From a virus: 62,077 bases of DNA. A program made the position numbers and the translations under genes. The notes beneath the pieces were generated by a model. The model did not search any database and was not told the origin of the DNA. It saw only the letters and a program-made list of their open reading frames with translations. The stretch is from positions 1 through 62,077 of the IMG/VR virus record IMGVR_UViG_3300036861_000916, one strand, 5' to 3'. Shown piece by piece: positions 15,585 to 24,226 of the stretch. Numbering within the stretch: position 1 is the first letter of the stretch; each line of letters opens with the position of its first letter.

Positions 15585-16571
15585 ATGAGCCTGGAAAGTT
15601 ACCAGAACGACCCTGCGGAGACGACGCTCAACGGAGCCATCAACAACTCGACGACGACCGTGACCGTGACCTCCGGAGCCGCCTTGCCGGCAACGACCAA
15701 CGGGCCGTTTCGTATCCGGATCGACGACGAATACATGAAGGTCACGACGCGGTCCACGAATACGCTCACGGTCGTTCGGGGCGACGACGGCTCTACCGCG
15801 GCCTCGCACAGTGACGGCGCCGCCGTGCTTCACGTGCTCACAACGAGCGGGCTGATCGGGGTCGGATCCCACGTCCTGCGGACGGGCGCCTACTCCGCGA
15901 GGCCTGCGGCGGGCGTCGCCAATCGGCTCTATCTGCCCTCGGACGCGAGTGTCATCTCGCTGGACGACGGCAGCACGTGGGGCGAGTGGGGACCGATCTA
16001 CAAGTTCACGCCTCCCGCATCCGGGGACTTCTCCTGGCAAAATCAGGGGGATGCCGTTGTCACGGATCACGGGTGGGCGTTCACGCTGGAGAAGCCGGCG
16101 GATGGCAACACAACGAACTGGCGCTCCCGGCTCAAGTCGACGCCAGCAACTCCGTGGACGCTGACGGCGTGCTTCGATACCTTCTCATTCAACAAGTCGT
16201 CATTGGCGGCTGGATTGGTCCTGCGCGAAAGCTCCACGGGAAAGTTGCACTTCTTTGGCTGGAGCGGGGCAAACAACACGGTCGCCGAGGACAGCGTCGC
16301 GGGGGACACGACCGAGCTGTCGCTGACAGGCGGAGAAGTCGCGTCGATGCGGTTTCCGCCGCGCTTCTGGCGGATCACCGATAATGGCACGAACCTCATC
16401 TTTCAATGGTCACTGGAGGGTATCCGATGGTTCACGCAGATCAGTCTCGGGCGGCTCTCCCACATGACCGCGACGGGGCCGAACCAGTTCGGAGTGACGG
16501 TCAACGCCAGGAACAACGCGACGCCGAATTTTGATATGGCTCTCACGCTCTACCATTGGGCGGTGACCTAG
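15585..16571 (+). CDS. tail fibre / receptor-binding-like protein
   Basis: 328 aa; N-terminal ...TTVTVTSGAALP...FRIRIDDEYMKVTT...TVVRGDDGSTAASH common in phage fibre N-termini; jelly-roll-like C-terminus. Confidence 0.5.
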   Translation: MSLESYQNDPAETTLNGAINNSTTTVTVTSGAALPATTNGPFRIRIDDEYMKVTTRSTNTLTVVRGDDGSTAASHSDGAAVLHVLTTSGLIGVGSHVLRTGAYSARPAAGVANRLYLPSDASVISLDDGSTWGEWGPIYKFTPPASGDFSWQNQGDAVVTDHGWAFTLEKPADGNTTNWRSRLKSTPATPWTLTACFDTFSFNKSSLAAGLVLRESSTGKLHFFGWSGANNTVAEDSVAGDTTELSLTGGEVASMRFPPRFWRITDNGTNLIFQWSLEGIRWFTQISLGRLSHMTATGPNQFGVTVNARNNATPNFDMALTLYHWAVT

Positions 16572-16575
16572 ACCC

Positions 16576-18834
16576 ATGAGCGGCACTCTCGGCGCAAGTC
16601 CGCTCGGGGCACTCGCGCTCGGCGCTGCAGCCGACGACGGGTCGCAGACGCTCATCGCGAACGCCGTTGCCGCCAACTGGCAGGCGCGGGCCGCTACCGT
16701 CGTCGCCGGTGCCATCACGCTCAACGCGAACGCCGTCGCCGCGAATTGGCAGCCGCAGACCGCCGCTCTGATCCTGCTCCTCAACGCGGACGCCATCGCT
16801 GCCAACTGGCAGCCGCAGCCTGCGTCACTCTCCGCCGGCGCGGTGACCGTGGCGGCAAACGCCGTCGCCGCGAACTGGCAGGCCCGCGGCGCGATGCTGA
16901 CCGTCGAGGGCGGCAACATCACCCTGTTCCCGAACGCCGTTGCCGCCAACTGGCAGCCGCGTGCCGCAGCCGTCCTTCCCGGTGCCGTCACCCTCTTCGC
17001 GAACGTACTCTCGACCTACTCGGTGCAGCCGGCGACGCTCATCATGAGCAACGTGACGCTGCTCTCGGGCGCCGCGATCGCGGCGAACTGGCGCGCCCGC
17101 AGCGCGTCCATCATCGCCGTCGCTCCCGTCTGCAGCCGCGCCGTAGCGCCGATCACCGTCGCGTGCATCCTGGAGAACGTCGCGCGCAAGGTTGGCCTCC
17201 TGCCGGACCGCTATGACTTCACCGCCGCGGAGGTCAAGGAGGTCACCGGCTTCGTCATCGCGCAGCGCCTGTCCGCAGCGAGTGCCATCGCCGACTTGCT
17301 GCGCGCCTACGACGTGTTTCTCTACGAAGCAGACGGAAAGGTGAAGGCCGGCGTCTACGGCTCGTCGGTCCTCGGCACGATCGATGAGGGCGAGCTCGGC
17401 GCCCACTTCTTCGGCGAGGGGGACGCGGGGAAGGCGCCGGTGGAGGTGAAGCGGCTCGACGACCTGGAGCTTCCCTCCGGCGGTGACATCACCTATTTCG
17501 ATCCGGACAAGGATTACGAGCAGGCGCAGCAGGGGAGCGAGCGGTTCACGAAGCGGCACATCCAGGAGCGCGTGACGTTCAGTCCGCCGCTCGTGCTCAC
17601 CGCCGACGAGGCGCGGCAGATGATCGAGCGGATGGTCTACCGGCAGTGGGTGGAGCGCGAGCAGTTCGCCTTCTCGCTGGGGCCGAAGTTCCTGAAGGCC
17701 ACGCCGGGCGACGTCTACACGCTGCCGGTTCTCGACACGACGGCGCGCGTCCGCTTCATGGGCTTCGACATCGCGCTCTTCGGGCCGCTCCAGGTCAGCG
17801 CCGTGCTGGACGACGTGGACATCCTGACGCAGACGGCCTCGGGCGCGGCGGCGGTGGGCGACACGGACGAGGTCGGCTTCGCGGAGGTCACCGTCCTGCA
17901 CGCGTGGAGCAGCCCGGCGCTGCGCGATCAGGACGCCAGCGCGAACACGGTGGGCTTCTACGCGGCGGCGGGGCCGGACGGCGAGGGAGACTGGACGGGC
18001 TGCCAGATCTACTGGAGCCGGGACGGGGGTAGCACCTATGAGCCTTTGGACTCGATCGAGGACCCTTCCGAATTCGGCGTCGCCGCTACGGTGCTTGCGG
18101 CGCCACCTGGTTCGGTTGGCACGGCGATATGGGACACGACCTCGACCGTAGACGTGACGATGACGCGCGGGGCGCCCGTGGCGGCGACCGATATGGAGGT
18201 CCTCAACGGCGCCAACCGTGCGATGGTCGGCGATGAGCTGGTGGGATTCGTCGAGGTGACGGCGCTCGGTGTCGATCAGTATCGGCTCTCGCGGCTCCTG
18301 CGCGGGCAGCGGGGCACGGACCCGTATTGGGGAACGCACGCCATCGGGGAGCGCTTCGTGCTCGTGGAGCTGGGGGGTGCGGCGATCCGCGTCGAGGTGG
18401 GCAGCGACCTCATCGGGAAGGCGATAAAACTCAAAGGCGTGACGTTCGGCACGGACCTCGCCAGTGCGCCGGTCGTGGATCTGACCATCACGGGCGACGA
18501 ACTTCGTCCGCTCTCCGGTGCCGATCTGCGCGGGGCACGTGACCTCTCCAGCAACCTCACGGTGACCTGGCACCGGCGGACCCGTTACGGCGGTGCCTGG
18601 GCGGACCTCATGGACGTCCCGCTCGGGGAGACGAGTGAGCAGTATGAGGCAGAGATTTACGATACTGGCTTCACGACGCTGAAGCGAACGATCACGGGCC
18701 TAACCGACGAGACGTTCGTCTACAGTGCTGCTGACCAGACGACGGACTTCGGTTCTCCGCAGGCGGCCATCGGGATCCGCACGTTCCAGTTGGGTGCTAT
18801 CGGGCGCGGATTTAAGCTGGAGGGCGTCGTATAA
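16576..18834 (+). CDS. host-specificity protein, central/C-terminal module (Phage-tail_3-like) with N-terminal ANAVAANWQ tandem repeats
   Basis: 752 aa; about 7 repeats of ~20 aa at the N-terminus, then a region resembling the gpJ/g15 core. Confidence 0.65.
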   Translation: MSGTLGASPLGALALGAAADDGSQTLIANAVAANWQARAATVVAGAITLNANAVAANWQPQTAALILLLNADAIAANWQPQPASLSAGAVTVAANAVAANWQARGAMLTVEGGNITLFPNAVAANWQPRAAAVLPGAVTLFANVLSTYSVQPATLIMSNVTLLSGAAIAANWRARSASIIAVAPVCSRAVAPITVACILENVARKVGLLPDRYDFTAAEVKEVTGFVIAQRLSAASAIADLLRAYDVFLYEADGKVKAGVYGSSVLGTIDEGELGAHFFGEGDAGKAPVEVKRLDDLELPSGGDITYFDPDKDYEQAQQGSERFTKRHIQERVTFSPPLVLTADEARQMIERMVYRQWVEREQFAFSLGPKFLKATPGDVYTLPVLDTTARVRFMGFDIALFGPLQVSAVLDDVDILTQTASGAAAVGDTDEVGFAEVTVLHAWSSPALRDQDASANTVGFYAAAGPDGEGDWTGCQIYWSRDGGSTYEPLDSIEDPSEFGVAATVLAAPPGSVGTAIWDTTSTVDVTMTRGAPVAATDMEVLNGANRAMVGDELVGFVEVTALGVDQYRLSRLLRGQRGTDPYWGTHAIGERFVLVELGGAAIRVEVGSDLIGKAIKLKGVTFGTDLASAPVVDLTITGDELRPLSGADLRGARDLSSNLTVTWHRRTRYGGAWADLMDVPLGETSEQYEAEIYDTGFTTLKRTITGLTDETFVYSAADQTTDFGSPQAAIGIRTFQLGAIGRGFKLEGVV

Positions 18835-18851
18835 TGCCCTCCAGCCACCTT

Positions 18852-18966
18852 GCCGGGCCGCGCCGTGCCCAGCCTAGCCGGGCCGCGCCTTGCCCCGCCT
18901 CGCCCATCCACGCCCTGCCGTGCCAAGCCACGCCCGGCCGTGCCATGCCTTGCCCTGCCCCGCCGT
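18852..18966. repeat. pentanucleotide array (GCCNN)x23
   Basis: 23 consecutive in-phase 5-mers, 22 GCCNN + 1 TCCNN; fills almost the whole 133-nt gap between convergent stops at 18834 and 18968. Confidence 0.9.
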
Positions 18967-18967
18967 G

Positions 18968-19603
18968 TTACTCCCAAGCGGCGACGCGGAACTTGCCGTA
19001 GGGTCCGCGGAAGGTTCCTAGACCGATCGCGCGGCCACCCTCCTCAAAGAGGTTCAGAATATCCTGCTCTTTCACCTCGCGGTTCGGGAACAGCGTCAGG
19101 TTGAAGCACAGCGCCCAGGGGAGCGGTAGGACCGGGCGCTCCTTCGGGTTCGGGATCCCCTTGTCGAGCCGCGCGACGTGGCGGGCGATGTAGATGCCGC
19201 TCATCGGGTCCCGGTCGTCAAGGAGCCGCCCGAACCGGACCGGCTCACCGGTGCTCGTGACCGTGCCGTCTTCATCGAATTCCACGCCCCGGACGATAGG
19301 AATGAAGTCGGGCTCGATCGAGACGAAGGACAGGCAAGCATTGCAGATGTCCTTAAACTTCCTCTTGTCCCGTAGTCTCTTCGGCGCGGAATTTGTGTTG
19401 TGGGCCGACAAGAACGACATAATGTTGGTTGCCGGCAGACCAATAGCTTTGCTGTCCCCGGGTTCGAAGTACAACTTTTGCCACGGTTCGAGCTTCGTGT
19501 TGTTGTCCCCTGGGTAGCGATCGAACATCATCTCTTTCAGCCCGCACAGGACTACCTTCCTTTCGATCAGGTCAGTCGGCTTGTTGATCTTTACCGTTCC
19601 CAT
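18968..19603 (-). CDS. unknown-function protein P1 (paralog of 35360..35989), C-terminal GLGxxRxxYG(K/R)F motif
   Basis: ATG 19603 with AAGGAGG 8 nt upstream; visibly lower GC than surroundings; the 73-codon N-terminal extension in the track ORF is repeat-array read-through. Confidence 0.65.
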   Translation of the reverse strand: MGTVKINKPTDLIERKVVLCGLKEMMFDRYPGDNNTKLEPWQKLYFEPGDSKAIGLPATNIMSFLSAHNTNSAPKRLRDKRKFKDICNACLSFVSIEPDFIPIVRGVEFDEDGTVTSTGEPVRFGRLLDDRDPMSGIYIARHVARLDKGIPNPKERPVLPLPWALCFNLTLFPNREVKEQDILNLFEEGGRAIGLGTFRGPYGKFRVAAWE

Positions 19604-19625
19604 GATATGCCTCCTTGAAGTGAGT

Positions 19626-19810
19626 GCCGCGCCGTGCCTCGCCACGCCATGCCGAGCCGGGCCGTGCCCAGCCACGCCTTGCCTTGCCCTGCCCAGCCCC
19701 GCCTCGCCCTGCCTTGCCCATCCTAGCCGCGCCTGGCCTGGCCACGCCGCGCCGAGCCTTGCCACGCCGCGCCCTGCCGCGCCTTTCCGTGCCGTGCCTT
19801 GCCGTGCCCG
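19626..19810. repeat. pentanucleotide array (GCCNN)x37
   Basis: 37 consecutive in-phase 5-mers, 35 GCCNN + 2 TCCNN; begins 8 nt upstream of the SD of 18968..19603. Confidence 0.9.
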
Positions 19811-19815
19811 GTACC

Positions 19816-19855
19816 AGTTCAAGGTGCAAAAGCTGTGCCATTTTCGAATTCAACT
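19816..19855. promoter_or_regulatory. pair of AGTT(C/G)AACT-type palindromes, 31 bp apart
   Basis: AGTTCAAGG 19816..19824 and AATTCAACT 19847..19855. Confidence 0.4.
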
Positions 19856-19908
19856 TTGTGTTAAAATAGGAGTGAGCGCGTCGCGCCCCAGTGTCCCAGA
19901 GGAGGTCC

Positions 19909-20055
19909 ATGATGAACTTTGCCTGGCCGAGCGGTCTCGGCGCAGTGCTCGCCCTCATTGTTCTAGTCCTGGTCATTGTTCTCTGCGTCATCGGAAAAAT
20001 GGCCGTGCTGCCGGCGCTCTTGCTAGGCATGCTGGCCCTGGCTCGCTTGTGCTGA
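19909..20055 (+). CDS. small two-TM membrane protein (holin-like or exclusion protein; 48 aa, below track cutoff)
   Basis: GGAGG 3 nt-spaced upstream of ATGATG; MMNFAWPSGLGAVLALIVLVLVIVLCVIGKMAVLPALLLGMLALARLC. Confidence 0.45.
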   Translation: MMNFAWPSGLGAVLALIVLVLVIVLCVIGKMAVLPALLLGMLALARLC

Positions 20056-20068
20056 TGGAGATGGCGCC

Positions 20069-20422
20069 ATGCTGCAACTCCTGTTGGCTGCCGCCCTCAC
20101 CATCTTGCGGAAACTCAACGAGCTTACCCGAAAGGAGGTGAAAGTTTTGGCTACCCTTGCTGACCTGAACGAAGCGGTCGCCGGCGTCGCTGCCGAGGTC
20201 GACCGCATCTCCACCGACGTCAAGAAGGCCCTCATGAAGATCGAGCAGTGCAGTATCGGGCCGGACGTCCAGGCCCACGTCGACGCGATGAAGGCCGCCA
20301 CCGAGGCGTTGGACGAGGCGTCCGACGCGCTCGAAGCCGTCGTTGACACGCCCGTCGAGCCGCCGATGGAGCCGCCGATGGAGCCGCCGCCGCCGGAGCC
20401 CACGGCGCCGACGCCTCCCTGA
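20069..20422 (+). CDS. hypothetical protein, hydrophobic N-terminus, coiled coil, PPMEPP repeat tail
   Basis: 117-aa ORF co-oriented with the following membrane-protein genes. Confidence 0.45.
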   Translation: MLQLLLAAALTILRKLNELTRKEVKVLATLADLNEAVAGVAAEVDRISTDVKKALMKIEQCSIGPDVQAHVDAMKAATEALDEASDALEAVVDTPVEPPMEPPMEPPPPEPTAPTPP

Positions 20423-20478
20423 CCCTCCACGGGGAGCGGAGGCGCTCCGCTCCCCTTCTCTCACCGAAAGACGCAACA

Positions 20479-20964
20479 GTGCTGAAGCCAGTATCGGCTC
20501 CGAGTAAATGGCCCTACGTTCTGGCCGCGATCGGCGGGGTCACGGCGGCCCTCGTCGCGATTGTCCTCATCTCCGTCCTTCGGCCCGATCGCGACAACAC
20601 GCAACTCATCACGACGATCATGACTCTGATCACGCCGACACTGGCAGCGATCTTGGCTCTCATCAAGGGCACCGAAAACACCCAGGCGGTCCAGGAATTG
20701 CGGCTGGACATCGACGGGCGCCTGACGCAGCTCCTCGAGCGGACGGCGCAGGCCGAGCACGCGGCGGGTCTGGCTCGCGGGCGCGAGGAGGGCCAGACGA
20801 TGACGGCGGCGCAGGTGGCTGTCGTGACGGAGGCGGCAGGGAAAGCCACACAGGCAGCGGCGCAGGTGAGCGAGATTGCGGTCAAGGTCGCAGAAGCGGC
20901 TGCATCGGCGCCCCCGATCGACGTCTCCAAGCCAGAGCCTTCAATGACGCCGGAGGACGCCTGA
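20479..20964 (+). CDS. membrane protein (2 predicted TM)
   Basis: 161 aa; two hydrophobic segments then Ala/Gln-rich helix. Confidence 0.5.
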   Translation: MLKPVSAPSKWPYVLAAIGGVTAALVAIVLISVLRPDRDNTQLITTIMTLITPTLAAILALIKGTENTQAVQELRLDIDGRLTQLLERTAQAEHAAGLARGREEGQTMTAAQVAVVTEAAGKATQAAAQVSEIAVKVAEAAASAPPIDVSKPEPSMTPEDA

Positions 20965-21383
20965 TGTCGAACCAGGAACTGCTCACCGTCATCGCCGCGG
21001 TCGGCCTCGTGCTGACCAACCTCATCACGGCCTGGAGGACCGGCGCGCAGATGCACACGCTTCTGGAGACGACGGAGCGCACTGCGGAGCGCGCCGACTT
21101 GAAAGCGACGGACCTGAAGGAGACGACGAAGGTGACGGCGGAGGCGCTGAAGGCGGTCACGGAGCGCACAGCAGCGCGCGCCGACGAGAAGTTGGACAAG
21201 ATCCACGAGCTGACGAACTCCAACCTCTCCGCCGTAAAGACCGATTTGCTCCTCGCTAACGAGCGGATCGCCAAGCTCGAGTCCATGCTGCAGAAGGTGC
21301 TGACGGAGCCTGCAGGCGGTGAGGAGAAGGCCGCAGCGGCGGCAGTGCTGGCCAAGAGCAAGGCGAAGGACGGAGGCGACTGA
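20964..21383 (+). CDS. N-terminally anchored coiled-coil protein
   Basis: ATG 20964 overlaps upstream TGA, in frame of track ORF 20508..21383; MSNQELLTVIAAVGLVLTNLITAW... Confidence 0.5.
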   Translation: MSNQELLTVIAAVGLVLTNLITAWRTGAQMHTLLETTERTAERADLKATDLKETTKVTAEALKAVTERTAARADEKLDKIHELTNSNLSAVKTDLLLANERIAKLESMLQKVLTEPAGGEEKAAAAAVLAKSKAKDGGD

Positions 21384-22225
21384 TGGCGTTGGATCCCATC
21401 GTCGGTTGGACGCAAATTGAGCAGGCGCAAAGCGCGAAGGAGGTGCAGGCCAACTTAGCCATGGCCGATCTTTCGCAGGCCGGCGCTGGCTACCTCTCCA
21501 AGGCGATCACCGCGACCGCCACGCTTTCACTGGACGAATCGCAGAATGCGTGGATCGACCTGACCGGCACCCCCGCGGGCGCCTCCGACATCACCCTTCA
21601 CGCCTCGGTCAACAAGAAGACGCTCTTCCGCAACCTGACGACCAGCGGCCAGACCATCCGCGTCCGGATGTCCGGCGGCACGTTCTTTCCGGTGCCGGCG
21701 CAGGGCACCGTCGTGCTGCTTTCCTCCACGCAGGCGCTGACGATCCACGCGGACACGGCGCCCGCAGCGCTCGCGACGACGGCTGTCATCGGCACCAGCC
21801 AGGAGCTGGCGCGCGAGGATCACCGCCACGCGCGGGATATCGTCGAGCTGGCGTTCAACATGGAGACGGTGACGTGGACCGCGCAGCCGGCGGCACTCAC
21901 GGAGCTGTTCGGGCTGAACGACCGCCGCGGCTTCTACGACCTCACGCAGTTCACCCAGGCGCGTCTCGTCGCCAACGTGGAGGCGGCGGGCTTCACCGGG
22001 GCCACCCTGCGCGCAGAGTTCTCCACGACCGACGGCGGCACCTATGCGGCGCTGGACAACACGACGGGACCCAATGTCCTGATTGACGCGACGGGCACGA
22101 TCGTGGGCTCCTGGGCAACGCTGACCGGCGCGGCGCTGGCGGCAGTGTTCCTGCGAATCAGCGGCGTCGGGGGCGACGGTGCCGCCAATCCTCAGATAGG
22201 GGCGCTCCGGCTACAGTTCCGGTAG
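21383..22225 (+). CDS. DUF2793-like fibre/spike protein
   Basis: 280 aa; N-terminus ...IEQAQSAKEVQANLAMADL... resembles the DUF2793 proteins found near GTA-type tail genes (weak recollection). Confidence 0.45.
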   Translation: MALDPIVGWTQIEQAQSAKEVQANLAMADLSQAGAGYLSKAITATATLSLDESQNAWIDLTGTPAGASDITLHASVNKKTLFRNLTTSGQTIRVRMSGGTFFPVPAQGTVVLLSSTQALTIHADTAPAALATTAVIGTSQELAREDHRHARDIVELAFNMETVTWTAQPAALTELFGLNDRRGFYDLTQFTQARLVANVEAAGFTGATLRAEFSTTDGGTYAALDNTTGPNVLIDATGTIVGSWATLTGAALAAVFLRISGVGGDGAANPQIGALRLQFR

Positions 22226-22226
22226 C

Positions 22227-22670
22227 CTATTCGTCGCCGCACTGCCATCGAAGTTTTGTCTGCAGCGGGTGTGCATCAACTCGGGGTCGGTCCTGGCGGT
22301 TCCACGAACCTCCGCCAGCTTCGCCGACGCAGCGCCATCCGGCAGCGCGCAAGCTCGCCCCGCCCTCTCCGGGTAGCGTGTAGGTGATGAGACGTCGGTA
22401 TCCGAGAGAGCGCGCAGTCCGCCAAGCGGCACCATAGAGGCAGGAGTTCGCGTTCTTCGTCCCGTCCGTGCAACTCCGGCTTACCTCCAGCGTCCATCCG
22501 TCGTCAAGGTGGCGCGACACGGGGCGGCCCACGATCGCCACGCCGACGACCCGCTCCCCCTCGGCCACGGCTACGCAGAATTTCGCGCCAGGGACGGGGC
22601 CGTGATGGCGGTGATGGCACGCCACGAAGGCATTGGCCTCGTCGAGCGTTATCGGGACGATAGTCAACAT
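22227..22670 (-). CDS. GNAT-fold-like protein of the phage/RM-associated family
   Basis: 147 aa; ...ANAFVACHHRHH...VVGVAIVGRPVSRHLDDGWTLEVSR...NANSCLYGAA...LGYRRLITYT. Confidence 0.55.
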   Translation of the reverse strand: MLTIVPITLDEANAFVACHHRHHGPVPGAKFCVAVAEGERVVGVAIVGRPVSRHLDDGWTLEVSRSCTDGTKNANSCLYGAAWRTARSLGYRRLITYTLPGEGGASLRAAGWRCVGEAGGGSWNRQDRPRVDAHPLQTKLRWQCGDE

Positions 22671-22789
22671 GGCTGCAGTTCCGGTAGGGGAGCGGCGCGG
22701 GCAGGCGCCGCCGGTTCAGATCCGTTTGCAGTTGAGGTGAAAAGAGACCGGCGGGGGCAGCCGCCGCGAGAGGAAAGTTGCGTCTACGT

Positions 22790-23260
22790 CTATGATAGTA
22801 GGAACGCCACCGGACGCGTGTCCCCCCTGACGTATAGAGGGTGTCGCGGATAGCCCGTCCTCGTCATCCCGAGACAAAGAGCGCCGGCCAGCCGTTCGGC
22901 CACCGGAACATCCCGGGCCAGAAACGATCCGTGAGCACCCCAGGCGACAATGATCAGGGACGCCCGACCCGCTGCCTGGCCGATATGCCAATCGTTCTGC
23001 GGCCCCACGGGATCATCGGCTGCCCGCAGCTCGCCTGGCGACGTGGCGCGGTAGGCGAACAGGTTGATGACCTCAAGGGACCCGTAGCCCCACGACCGCG
23101 CGAAGCCAATGCAGCGCCGAATAGTCGGGTCGTCCCGCAGCGCATCGGCTGTCGATGGGTTCAGCATGCAAAAGCACACCCGCGGCAGCGCTGCGTCCCA
23201 TTCGCGTGTGAGCGAATAGCGATACGCCCCGGTGGGGTCGATGATGGCGTCTCTCCTCAC
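22790..23260 (-). CDS. DUF1643-family protein
   Basis: GTG 23260 (GTGA coupling) in frame of track ORF 22790..23545; ...CFCMLNPSTADALRDDPTIRRCIGFARSWGYGSLEVINLFAYR... Confidence 0.6.
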   Translation of the reverse strand: MRRDAIIDPTGAYRYSLTREWDAALPRVCFCMLNPSTADALRDDPTIRRCIGFARSWGYGSLEVINLFAYRATSPGELRAADDPVGPQNDWHIGQAAGRASLIIVAWGAHGSFLARDVPVAERLAGALCLGMTRTGYPRHPLYVRGDTRPVAFLLS

Positions 23261-23466
23261 CAGCCCGCCTCCGCACGGTTCAGCCGTCCGTGCGGCTTCG
23301 CGTGAGACAGGTGCCAGCCTCGGCATACCCGGCAGCGGTAGGGGTAGAGCAGCTTGCCCCGTTTCCGCATCCGACGCCGTGCGAGGTAAGCCAGCGCCGG
23401 GTTGTCGTATCCCACCTTCGCCATACAGGTGGCGATGGCGCCTGACCATGCTGCTGCCGCCATCAC
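23257..23466 (-). CDS. small Cys-containing protein
   Basis: 69-aa ORF coupled to neighbours by overlapping start/stop; YRCRVCRGWHL motif. Confidence 0.45.
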   Translation of the reverse strand: MMAAAAWSGAIATCMAKVGYDNPALAYLARRRMRKRGKLLYPYRCRVCRGWHLSHAKPHGRLNRAEAGW

Positions 23467-23954
23467 GACTCCAATCGCCGCCAGAGGACCTCCGCCTCCG
23501 CACGCAGGGCCTTGCTCTCGCCGAAGATACGCTCTGCCGCGTCAAGTAGCTCCGAGCCTAGGCGGTCGGCCCGCTCCTCGCCGTCGCGTGCACGCGCGAA
23601 GGCGGTCAGCGCCAGGCAGGTCAGCGTCTCCGCGGCCTCGAGGCCGAGATCGTTCAGTCGCTGCAGAGAGCGGATCTCGGCGAGCAGGTCGGACTGCGCC
23701 GGCGCGGGCTCCATGGTTGCGTGGTCATCGACGGTCCCGCAGCAGACGTCCGGCGCAACCCACCATCCCTTCATCAGGCATTGGCGGATCCATCCGGAAC
23801 CATGGCCGTGGGAGCGTGCGCACTGGACGACGGCACGGATCCGCTCCAACGAGGAGCATCCCGAGAGGGCGATGGCGTCGGCGCGCGATAGCCCGGCGCC
23901 GGTCAAAAGCTCGACGGACTGGGGAATGGGCTGACAGCTAGTCTCTACGCTCAA
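23463..23954 (-). CDS. hypothetical protein
   Basis: 163-aa ORF, TTG start, co-oriented operon. Confidence 0.45.
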   Translation of the reverse strand: MSVETSCQPIPQSVELLTGAGLSRADAIALSGCSSLERIRAVVQCARSHGHGSGWIRQCLMKGWWVAPDVCCGTVDDHATMEPAPAQSDLLAEIRSLQRLNDLGLEAAETLTCLALTAFARARDGEERADRLGSELLDAAERIFGESKALRAEAEVLWRRLES

Positions 23955-24226
23955 GGGTATTGTCCTCTGCCCCGAGGGGCGTTATAATGCCCGCGACACG
24001 GGCTGCTTCTCGCGTCACGGCGGGGGTCGGCGTGCTTGCTGGCGGGACCGGCCCTCGTCGTCCTACGTTCATCATTATGGCGATGGTTGGAACTCCTCTC
24101 ATCCGTCCGATGGAGGAATGCCCTTCATCGGATGGATGGATCCTTCGGCTTCGGCGAAGAGCGACCTGGCGCTTGCGACTTCATAGACGAATGCCGCGCA
24201 CGATAGTTGCAAGCCGCAGTGGTCGA

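Noticed and set aside
5716-18573. Long antisense or alternative-frame ORFs in the structural region (5716..6690, 6081..6728, 9195..10514, 9358..10824, 11363..12883, 14372..15310, 16825..18573, and similarly 40310..41530, 41603..42727, 46417..48024, 57933..58754)
   Set aside because: These are high-GC shadow ORFs opposite or overlapping genes with clear family signatures. Their products are Arg/Pro/Ala-rich and they lack SDs.
18720-20141. ORFs over the GCCNN arrays (18720..18977, 18850..19104, 19572..20030, 19581..20141, 19624..19869) and the 73-codon N-terminal extension of 18968..19822
   Set aside because: The argument is the same: all are array read-through. The real gene has a strong AAGGAGG-ATG at 19603, and its composition changes sharply there.
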